NCBI GenBank assembly: GCA_963719465.1
Contig: OY970386.1
Coordinates: 1,590,582 to 1,654,581 of the forward strand
Reading direction: 5' to 3'
DNA: 64,000 nt
From: an uncultured Chloroflexia bacterium
GTDB taxonomy: Bacteria; Chloroflexota; Dehalococcoidia; DSTF01; JALHUB01
The notes under the pieces were generated by a model. That model did not search any database. It saw nothing but the letters and a program-made list of their open reading frames with translations, and had not been told where the DNA came from. Positions 55,964 through 64,000 of the stretch are shown here, piece after piece. Position 1 is the stretch's first letter, and the number at the start of each line of letters is the position of its first letter. The position numbers and the translations under genes were made by a program.

Positions 55964-57394
55964 GACGCCTTCCGTTTGCTCAGTCCTTGCAGAACGAGCG
56001 GTCCGACCTCGTTCACGTCGCCGGCGCCGATGGTGAAGAACACGTCGCCGGGACGCAAAACGTCGAGCGCCGCCGCCGCCGCATCCTCAAACGTCGCGAC
56101 GAAGCGTGCTTTCGGATGAACGACCTGACGTGTCAGCTCTTCGGCGCTCATGCCCGCCAGCCACCGGCTCACGGGCGGCGTATGTCTCCAGCACCAGCAG
56201 CTCGTCCAGTCCTTCGAAGCAGGTGCGGAAGCCTTCCAGAAGGTAGAGCGTGCGACTGTAGGTGTGCGGCTGGAATACGGCGACGAGCCGCCGTCCGGCG
56301 AAGCGCTCCCGCGCCGCGGCAATCGTTGCGCAGAGCTCTGTGGGATGATGGGCGTAATCGTCCATCACCGTCACGCCGCCGGCTTCGCCAACCAGCTCGA
56401 AGCGACGGCCGGCGCCGCGAAACTCCGCCAGCGCCTTCTTCATCACCTCCAGCGACACGCCGACGTGATGCCCCACCGCTATCGCGGCCAGGGCGTTGCT
56501 CACGTTGTGCCGCCCGGGCAGACCGATGCGGAATTCGCCGTACGGCCGCCCGCGCAGCCCCACGTAAAACTCCTGGCCGCCGTCGTCAAGCCGGCCGAGG
56601 TGGCTGACCACCCAATCGACGGGCGTCGACAGGCCGTACAGCTCAACCCGTTGCGTCTGAAGGGAGACCGACGGGCTCTTGCCGCGGCCAAGCAATTCGG
56701 CCAGCATCGGGTCATCGGCGCAGGCGAGGATCAGGCCGTCGCGCGGCACCTGCTTGAGGAACTGCGCGAAGGCGGCAAGCAGATTGTCGAAGGAGCCGTA
56801 AACGTCCAGATGGTCGGCTTCTACGTTCGTGACGACCGCGATGTCGGGCTCATAGCTGAGGAAGGCGGCGTCGAACTCGTCCGCTTCGACGACCACGTGC
56901 TCGCCGTCTCCGGCGGCCGCGTTCGTGCCCAGGTTGACAACGTCGCCGCCGACCAGGAACGTCGGTGAGAGGCCCGCTTCGACGAGCATGAAGGCGATAA
57001 GGGCTGAGGTCGTCGTCTTGCCGTGCGTTCCCGCAACCGCTATGGAGCGATGGCCTTCCATCAGGCGGGCGACCATGTCGGCGCGCTTGACGACCGGAAT
57101 GCCGCGACGTCGCGCCTCCAGTATCTCCGGGTTGTCTTTCGTGGCGGCGGAGGTAATGACTACAAGCTCCGCGTCGTCGATATTCGACGCGTCGTGGCCC
57201 TCGTGAACCGTCGCGCCCTGCTTGACGAGACGCTCAGTGAACGATGACAGGCGCTGGTCGGAGCCGCTCACGTCGTGACCCCACTTCATCAGGATGTGCG
57301 CGATGGCGGACATGTGAACGCCGCCAATGCCGACGAGGTGAACGCGCCTGGGTATCGTCTTTGTGCCTTTCTTTTCCTGCGTCATCGTCGTCAT
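55960..57394 (-). CDS. murC: UDP-N-acetylmuramate--L-alanine ligase (+1 frameshift at ~56157, probable sequence error)
   Basis: GIGGVHMS, GTHGKTTT, EADEFD, DDYAHHPTE, FQPHTYSRT; C-terminal GDVFFTIGAGDV in the next frame. Confidence 0.93.
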
Positions 57395-57396
57395 TC

Positions 57397-58488
57397 TCAG
57401 GCCGCTATTTCCATGAGCATTGCGGCGATCCGGTCCGCCGCGTCGGGCTGCGCCAGCGCTCGCATGGATGCCGACATTGTCTTCAGGCCTCCGTCGTCTT
57501 GCAGCAGCGCCTTTACCGCTTCAATCGCTTCCCCGACCCGCTCGTCGGCGAAGGCCAGCGCCGCGCCGCGTTCGACGAGATAGGCGGCGTTGTCCGCCTG
57601 GTCGGAGAAGGCGCCGGGAACGAGAACGGCCGGGAGACCGGCCAGCGGTAATTCGCCGAGGGTGCTTGCGCCGGCGCGCATGAGCGCCAGGTCGGCGGCG
57701 GCCATCGCCAGCGGCATCTCGCGCAGGTAGGCGTAGAGGTGGTACCGGCCCTGGAGCTCGCTCGGAAGAGCTTCTCGGCGCAGTTTCAACTGGTCGAAGT
57801 CCGCCGCGCCGGATAGATGGACGATTTGACATAATTCCACCAAGGACGGCAGGGCTGCGGCGACGGCCCGGTTGATCGAGCGCGCGCCGAGGCTGCCGCC
57901 GGCGACCAGCAGCGTCCTGGCAGCGGGGTCGAGGCCGAGCTGCCGGCGGCCCTCTTCCCGCGTGGCCGTGGCGAAGTCCGGTCGAGAGGGATAGCCTGTC
58001 ACGAGCGACTTTCCTTTGGGCAGATGGGGCAGCGACCCCTCCACCGTCGCCGCGACCCTCGTGGCAAGGCGGGCCATCATGCGGACCGCCCAGCCGGGCC
58101 GGACGTCCGGCAGGTAGACCAGCAGCGGCCGTCGCAGGCTGCGCGCGGCGACCGCGACCGGAGCGCTGGCATAGCCGCCGGTGGCGAAGACCGCCTGGGG
58201 GTCGAAGCGGCGCAGCAGGCGGCGGGCCTGAACGCTGCCGAGCGCCAGGTCGCCGAGACCGCTGGCAAGTCGAAGGGGAGAGCGCGTGCGCAGGGCGCCG
58301 GCGCGCACCGGTTGGAACTCGATGCCTTCCCCCGCCAGCAGTTGCTCGTCGACGCGGCCGCGGATACCCAGGTACAGCAACGAGAGCGACTCGCCGCGCT
58401 CCGCCAGCCGCTCTCGCAGAGCGGAAGCGACGGCGAGGCAGGGGTAGACGTGGCCCGCCGTTCCTCCGCCAGATAGAGCCACCCTCAA
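57397..58488 (-). CDS. murG: Lipid II GlcNAc transferase
   Basis: GGGTAGHVYP, TGGYASAP, GGSLGA, RAGASTLGE; TTG start overlapping the ftsW stop. Confidence 0.93.
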   Translation of the reverse strand: MRVALSGGGTAGHVYPCLAVASALRERLAERGESLSLLYLGIRGRVDEQLLAGEGIEFQPVRAGALRTRSPLRLASGLGDLALGSVQARRLLRRFDPQAVFATGGYASAPVAVAARSLRRPLLVYLPDVRPGWAVRMMARLATRVAATVEGSLPHLPKGKSLVTGYPSRPDFATATREEGRRQLGLDPAARTLLVAGGSLGARSINRAVAAALPSLVELCQIVHLSGAADFDQLKLRREALPSELQGRYHLYAYLREMPLAMAAADLALMRAGASTLGELPLAGLPAVLVPGAFSDQADNAAYLVERGAALAFADERVGEAIEAVKALLQDDGGLKTMSASMRALAQPDAADRIAAMLMEIAA

Positions 58489-59676
58489 GTTCCTTCCTCT
58501 CGAAGCCGGCGCTTGACCGCTTTCGCGACCGGCCGGCGTTCTCGCACCGGAGCGCGTGCTTTCGAATAGCGCGATATGTTGAGCAAAATGCCCACCGCCG
58601 CCAGCGTCGCCGCCAGCGCCGAGCCGCCGTAGCTCAGGAACGGCAGCGGGATGCCCGTGAGGGGCATTGTGCGAGTTATGCCGCCAATGTTGATGATCGC
58701 CTGGTAAGCGATCCAACTCGTCACGCCGAGCGCCAGCAGCGAACCGAAGTTGTCCGGCGCGTTCAGCATGATGCGAATTCCCCGGTACACCAACAGCACG
58801 AACAGCAGGATGACGGCCATGGCGCCGATGAACCCCATCTCCTCGCCGATGATGGCGAAGATGCCGTCGGTGTGAGCGCCGGGGACGTAGAAGAACTTCT
58901 GACGGCTGGCGCCTATGCCCAGGCCGGTCACGCCGCCGCTGCCCAGCGCGATAAGCAACTGGAGGATGTGGAATCCCTTCCCCGAGGGGTCGGCGTCGGG
59001 CGAGACGAAGGCAAAGATGCGGTCCATCCGGTAGCCGCCGGTCAGGACGAGGAAGCCGGCGGTGACGCCGCCTATCGAACGTCAGGGCGAGCAAGTGGCT
59101 GAGGGCGCCGCCGGCGACGAAGAAGAGCGTCAGCGTCGTCAGCACGATGATTATGGTCGTGCCCATGTCGGGCTCGAGCATGACCAGGCCAGCCACGAGC
59201 CCCACCATCACGACGAACGGCACCAGCCCGGCGGCAAAGCTGCGCAAGTTCCGGCTCTTCCCCGAAAGCCACGCCGAGACGTAGATGATCAGCGCCAGCT
59301 TGGCAAACTCGCTCGGCTGGACGGGCGGCAGCGGCCCAAGGGCTATCCAGCGGCTCGCGCCGTTGCGGGCAACGCCGATGCCCGGCGCCAGCACGGCGGT
59401 CAGGCCGACGAGCGCGCCGAACATGAGCAGCGGGCTCATCGCGCGAAGGCGGTGATAGTCGAAGCGCATGAGAACGACGAGCAGGACCGCCCCGATGACG
59501 GCCCACATCGCCTGACGAAGAACAAAGTAGTACGGCGTGCCGTACTCCAGGCTGCCCAGCGCAAAGCTGGCGCTGTAGACGGCAAGCAGCCCGACAGTGA
59601 CGAGCATGACTATGAGCGTCAGGATCACGGCATCGGGCTGTCCCGGCCGGACGCGGGTCGTCTCAAACGTCGCTAT
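58485..59676 (-). CDS. ftsW: SEDS peptidoglycan polymerase FtsW (+1 frameshift at ~59078; start uncertain)
   Basis: AVYSAS, GASRWI, QPSEFAK, EPDMGT; then GSGG, HTDGIFAIIGEEMG, TGIPLPFLSYGGS in the next frame. Confidence 0.92.
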
Positions 59677-61081
59677 GGCGGGTCCCTCCTTCTCGATGCG
59701 CCAGTTCCATTACGAGGCGGCGGAAGTGCTCCCCGCGCTCCTCGAAGTTGTCATAAGCATCGAAGCTGGTGCAGGCCGGCGAAAGCAGTACCACGTCGCC
59801 GGGTCGCGCGGCGGCCTTGGCGGCCAGCACGGCGTCGGCGAGCGATTCGACGCTGTCGATTCGAGGTCGCTTCGATTCCTCGACGGCGTTGGTTGCCGCC
59901 AAGGCCGCCGCGACCAGAGTCTCTCGCGCCTCGCCGAACGCCACGATTGCCCGACACCGCTTGCATGCCTCCGACGCCATCCCCTGGAGCGGGAGCTTCT
60001 TCTCGCGACCTCCCAGCAGCAGCACGAGTGGCTCGGTGAATGACCGCATCCCGGCGAGCGTCCGTTCCGGCGTCGTCGCGATGCTGTCGTTGTAATAGGC
60101 GACGCCGTCGATGCTGGCTACGAACTCCAGGCGATGCGGCACCGCCTTGAAACCACGAATAGCCTGTCTGATCGCCTCGACGCCGATGCCGCAGGCCGAC
60201 GCCACCGCCGTCGCCGCCAGCACGTTTGACACATTGTGTCGGCCTCGAAGCGGTATCTCCGCGACCGGCAGGACGGCCTTGTCCGACCCGTCTTCTCGCC
60301 AGACCACCGTCTGATTGACCACCAGCGCTGCCGGGCCGGGGAGCTCGGCGCCGTCGCTGAAGAAGACCACCTTGCCATGTGTTGCCGACGCCAATTCGGC
60401 CGACACCGCGTTGTCGTGGCCGAGCACCGCGACGTCGTCCGCCGACTGATGGCGCAAGATGTTGCGCTTCAGGTCCACGTAGCTCTCCCACGTGTAGCGG
60501 TCTAGGTGGTTCGGCGTCACATTCAGGACGCAGGCGACGTGCGGGCTCTTCCTCGTCAGTGCCAGCTGCGTATGGCTTATTTCCAGTACCACCCATGTCT
60601 CCGGCGTTATCTCGTCGAGAAGTGACAGCAGCCCGACGCCGATGTTTCCGCCCACCACGTGCTTCTTGCCGCTTGCCGCGAACATCGCGCCGACCAGGCT
60701 CGTCGTCGTGCTCTTGCCGCTGCTCCCCGTGATGCCGATGACCGGTCCCGGGCAGAGGTCCAGGAACAGCCGCATCATCGAGTCCAGCGGAACGCCCCGC
60801 TCGCGCGCCTCCGATAGCTCCGGAAGGTCCAGCGGCACCCCTTGCGAGACGAAGACGCGGTCGGCCGCGATCATGTCCGCCGGGTCGTTCTTTCCGAGAG
60901 AGAGGTGCACCGGCAGCCCGTCCAGCTCTCGCAGACGCTGCGACAGCCGCTCTGCCGGACGGACGTCGCTGATCGTGACGGTCGCACCCTTGCCCACCAA
61001 GTAGCGCGCCAAGTCAACGCCCTCGATGCCTAGCCCCACCACCGTCACCCGCTTGCCCTGGAAGTCTTGTTTATGCGTCAT
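59663..61081 (-). CDS. murD: UDP-N-acetylmuramoyl-L-alanine--D-glutamate ligase
   Basis: GITGSSGKSTT, GGNIG, NHLDRY, HRLE, NDSIATT, LLSPACTSFD. Confidence 0.96.
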   Translation of the reverse strand: MTHKQDFQGKRVTVVGLGIEGVDLARYLVGKGATVTISDVRPAERLSQRLRELDGLPVHLSLGKNDPADMIAADRVFVSQGVPLDLPELSEARERGVPLDSMMRLFLDLCPGPVIGITGSSGKSTTTSLVGAMFAASGKKHVVGGNIGVGLLSLLDEITPETWVVLEISHTQLALTRKSPHVACVLNVTPNHLDRYTWESYVDLKRNILRHQSADDVAVLGHDNAVSAELASATHGKVVFFSDGAELPGPAALVVNQTVVWREDGSDKAVLPVAEIPLRGRHNVSNVLAATAVASACGIGVEAIRQAIRGFKAVPHRLEFVASIDGVAYYNDSIATTPERTLAGMRSFTEPLVLLLGGREKKLPLQGMASEACKRCRAIVAFGEARETLVAAALAATNAVEESKRPRIDSVESLADAVLAAKAAARPGDVVLLSPACTSFDAYDNFEERGEHFRRLVMELAHREGGTRHSDV

Positions 61082-61091
61082 AGCATTTTAG

Positions 61092-62057
61092 CTAATCCGT
61101 GAGGGCTAGCGCTATACCCAAAAGCCCTCCAGCCATGCCAATTAACCAGAATCTTGTGACAATTTGCGGCTCCGACCACCCCATCAGCTCGAAATGGTGG
61201 TGCAGAGGCGTCATTTTGAAGATCCGCTTCCCGCCACTGAGCCAGAAATAGACGATCTGGATGAACGTCGACAGGCCTTCCATGACGAAGACGATCCCAA
61301 CCACCGGCAGCACCAGCCACCAGCCCGTCATCAGCGCCACAACCGCCAGCGTCGACCCCAGCGCCAGCGCGCCCGTATCGCCCATGAACACGAGTGCCGG
61401 ATGCGCGTTGTACCAGAGGAAGCCAAGCGTCGCGCCGACGACGGTCAGGCAGAACGTCGCCAGGAACGTCTGCCCCTGGAGAAAAGCGATCACTCCGAAG
61501 ACCGTGAAGGCGACGGCCGTGGTGCCGCCGGCAAGCGCGTCCAGCCCGTCCGTCACGGCGACCGCGCTCGTCGTCCCGATGAAGACTGCCATCGCGACCG
61601 GTATGTACAGCAGCCCGATCTCGTGCTTACCGGCCCACGGCACGTTGATGCTCCGCGCTTCCAGGCCAAAGTAGAGGATCAGCGCCGCCGCCAGCCCCAG
61701 GCCGAGCAGCAAGCCCGACTTCAGCCGCTTGTTCAGCCCGTTCCGACCCATCGCCCGGCCTTCAATCGTTAAAAAGTCGTCGATCAGTCCCAGGCTGCCC
61801 GTGGCGACAATTATGCCGAGGGGCAGGAAGATCGAACGCTTATCGAAGAGATTTGTCGGCGCCGTCACCAGAAACACGGTGCCGAAGATGAGGATGCCTC
61901 CCATGGTCGGCGTGCCTGCCTTTATCGCATGCGTCGCCGGCGCATCGGCCGATATCTGCTTGCCCAGGCCGCGCGCCTGAAGGTAGTTGACGACCCAGTG
62001 CCCGGAGATAATGGATACGAGGAAGGCGGCCGTTCCGACGAACAGTGCGTAGACCAT
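61092..62057 (-). CDS. mraY: Phospho-N-acetylmuramoyl-pentapeptide transferase
   Basis: KAGTPTMGG, DD, TDGLDAL, FMGDTG, MTPLHHHFE. Confidence 0.96.
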   Translation of the reverse strand: MVYALFVGTAAFLVSIISGHWVVNYLQARGLGKQISADAPATHAIKAGTPTMGGILIFGTVFLVTAPTNLFDKRSIFLPLGIIVATGSLGLIDDFLTIEGRAMGRNGLNKRLKSGLLLGLGLAAALILYFGLEARSINVPWAGKHEIGLLYIPVAMAVFIGTTSAVAVTDGLDALAGGTTAVAFTVFGVIAFLQGQTFLATFCLTVVGATLGFLWYNAHPALVFMGDTGALALGSTLAVVALMTGWWLVLPVVGIVFVMEGLSTFIQIVYFWLSGGKRIFKMTPLHHHFELMGWSEPQIVTRFWLIGMAGGLLGIALALTD

Positions 62058-62058
62058 G

Positions 62059-63420
62059 TCAGCCTTTCAGCTCCGGTAGAATCGTCTCCAGCGCCATCGC
62101 GCGCGACGCCTTCAGCAGGACAACGTCGCCGACGCGCAGCTCTGACGCCAGCCGTCGCGCCGCCTCCTCTTTCGACGGCCACAGGCTCACCGCGGGATGC
62201 CCTGCCGCCTTCGCTTCCTCACCGATGAGATGTCCCAGGTCGCCGACGGCGTAGATTACCTGCGCTACGCGCGCCGCTTCCCGCCCCACCAGCCGGTGCC
62301 CTTCCTGCTCCTCCGCGCCCAGCTCGCGCATATCCCCCAGGACCGCTATCCGGCGGCCCGGCAGGTCGGCCAGCAGCTCCAGCGCCGCCAGCATCGAAGC
62401 AGGGCTGGCGTTGTACGTGTCGTCCAGGATCGTGGAGTCGTTGCGGCCGCGGTGGACGTGCAGTCGCAGCGGCACGCGAGCGGCGGCAAGCGCCTGTGCT
62501 ACCTCGCCCAAACTCATCCCGTCCGCCAGCGCCACTGCCGCCGCGCCCAGCGCGTTCGACAGCAGATGCCGGCCGGGAAGCCTCGTCCGCACGCGCAGGC
62601 GCTCGCCGCCAAACTCAAGCGTGAAGGAAATTCCCTCCAGGCCTTTGCTCTCCAGTTCGCTTCCTTTGACGTCGCAGCCGTCGGACGTGCCGAAGTAGAG
62701 AATCTGCGCCTTCGTCTTCTTCGCCATTGCGCGCGCTCGCCGGTCGTCGCCGTTGAGCACCGCGAAGCCATCCGGCGGCAGCGCTTCGACAAGCTCGGCC
62801 TTCGCCGCCGCTATCGCCTCGATGCTGCCCATCCGCTCCAGGTGCACCGGCGCGACGTTCATAACCACGCCGATCTCTGGCCGGGCCAGCTCGCAAAGGA
62901 GGCGGATCTCGCCGGGCGCGTACATCCCCATCTCCAGGACTGCCCGCTCGTGCCGGGGCGTTAGCTTCAGGAGCGTCAACGGCAGGCCGATCTCGTTGTT
63001 ATAGTTCGCTTCGTTCTTCAGCAGCCGGTATCGCCTTCCGAGGACGAACGCCGCGATCTCCTTCGTCGTCGTCTTGCCCACGCTCCCAGTCACGCCTGTC
63101 ACCTTTACCGGCAGCGATGCCCGGTGTCCCGCCGCTATTCGTTGCAGCGCCTTCAGACAGTCCTCAACGACGTAGGCGACGGCGCTTCCGGGAAGCCCGT
63201 CCGGCGCTCGTCGCACCACGACGCCAGCCGCTCCGCGCTCCAGCGCATCAACGACGAAATCGTGGCCGTCCTTATGCTCGCCCGGCAACGCCACGAACAG
63301 GTCGCCGCGCCTCACTTCGCGCGAGTCGACAACGGCGCGGCGGAAGCCGGCCGGCGGCTCCCCTACCGTCTCCAGGAGAAGGGAGCCAAGACTGCTGCTG
63401 AGGTCGCGTGCTCGGATCAT
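62059..63420 (-). CDS. murF: UDP-N-acetylmuramoyl-tripeptide--D-alanyl-D-alanine ligase
   Basis: DSR, GVTGSVGKTTTKE, NNEIGLPLT, DTYNASPASM, GDMRELG, LKASR. Confidence 0.96.
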   Translation of the reverse strand: MIRARDLSSSLGSLLLETVGEPPAGFRRAVVDSREVRRGDLFVALPGEHKDGHDFVVDALERGAAGVVVRRAPDGLPGSAVAYVVEDCLKALQRIAAGHRASLPVKVTGVTGSVGKTTTKEIAAFVLGRRYRLLKNEANYNNEIGLPLTLLKLTPRHERAVLEMGMYAPGEIRLLCELARPEIGVVMNVAPVHLERMGSIEAIAAAKAELVEALPPDGFAVLNGDDRRARAMAKKTKAQILYFGTSDGCDVKGSELESKGLEGISFTLEFGGERLRVRTRLPGRHLLSNALGAAAVALADGMSLGEVAQALAAARVPLRLHVHRGRNDSTILDDTYNASPASMLAALELLADLPGRRIAVLGDMRELGAEEQEGHRLVGREAARVAQVIYAVGDLGHLIGEEAKAAGHPAVSLWPSKEEAARRLASELRVGDVVLLKASRAMALETILPELKG

Positions 63421-63434
63421 GGCAAATGCAACTG

Positions 63435-64000
63435 CTACTGGCCCCCCGCCGACGCGTCTGCATCGGGCGGAACGCCGAGATAGCTGAGGATTTTCGGGGC
63501 CAGTTCAGCGAAGACGGGGGCTGCGACAGTGCCCCCAAGTTGCGCTTCCTGCGGCTCATCGATCTTCACCAGAACGATCATCCGTGGATCGCTCACCGGG
63601 GCGAAGCCGATGAACGAGGTGATGACCCTGTTGGGCGCGTACCCGCCGGGCACCGAAATATAGGCGGTTCCGGTCTTCCCCGCTACGTGATAACCTTGAA
63701 TCCTCGCCAGGTTCCCGGGCACACCCTCCACCACGTCGTTCATCATCGTCGTCAGCGTACTGGCCGTCTGCTCGGAGATCGCCTGCCGCACCGGCTGCGG
63801 CTGCGTCGTCTTGGTGCCATTCGGCCCGACGACCTGCTGGACGATGTACGGCTTCATCAGCATGCCGCCGTTGGCGATCGCCGCGACCGCCGTTATCATC
63901 TGCAGCGGTGTGACGTTTATGCCCTGGCCGAAAGAGTTCGTCGCCAGGTCAGAACGGGTCCAGTCCGGCGACTCGCTGTCGCGCACCTGGCCGGCCGCCT
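63435..64000 (-). CDS. ftsI: Class B penicillin-binding protein FtsI, C-terminal part (truncated by window edge)
   Basis: SFGQGINVTPLQM, IANGG, AGKTGTA, AAPVF; dcw position. Confidence 0.88.
   Translation of the reverse strand, partial: AAGQVRDSESPDWTRSDLATNSFGQGINVTPLQMITAVAAIANGGMLMKPYIVQQVVGPNGTKTTQPQPVRQAISEQTASTLTTMMNDVVEGVPGNLARIQGYHVAGKTGTAYISVPGGYAPNRVITSFIGFAPVSDPRMIVLVKIDEPQEAQLGGTVAAPVFAELAPKILSYLGVPPDADASAGGQ

Noticed and set aside
9138-59083. Programmed frameshifting or true pseudogenisation of six genes
   Set aside because: No slippery runs, no other decay, essential genes affected, and the motif follows the assembly strand rather than the coding strand.
57397-59628. 743-aa FtsW-MurG fusion in the ORF track
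   Set aside because: Same artefact at ~59078; the FtsW C-terminal half is intact in another frame ending at 58485.

Overview
High-GC bacterial chromosomal window. Gene content and order suggest Chloroflexota, probably a Dehalococcoidia-like lineage that retains peptidoglycan genes; this is inference, no database search was done. Most of it is housekeeping: purN, prs, secA, a Fur/Zur-regulated metal ABC transporter, lgt, DsbA-VKOR, xerD, pcm, uvrC, mscL, four tRNAs, ymdB-rny-recX-recA, yggS-proC-yggT, nrdR and a dcw cluster (ftsI-murF-mraY-murD-ftsW-murG-murC-murB-ddl-ftsQ-ftsA-ftsZ). Highlights: (1) a TasA-like/SipW/three-repeat-protein operon behind a ~140 nt multi-hairpin leader carrying lysine-riboswitch-like sequence words; (2) two complete, divergent class II ribonucleotide reductases in tandem under NrdR boxes, with a 44-aa basic ORF between them; (3) a dispersed ~120 bp intergenic repeat family with a swappable central hairpin, tandemly amplified at one site; (4) six +1 frameshifts that all fall in two motifs (GACGTC, GCAGC), most likely methylation-linked sequencing errors; (5) tRNA-Arg(GCG) followed by tRNA-derived tandem repeats; (6) a 56-bp IS3-like remnant and a decayed fur fragment bracketing lgt. 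No CRISPR array, rRNA or intact transposase was seen.
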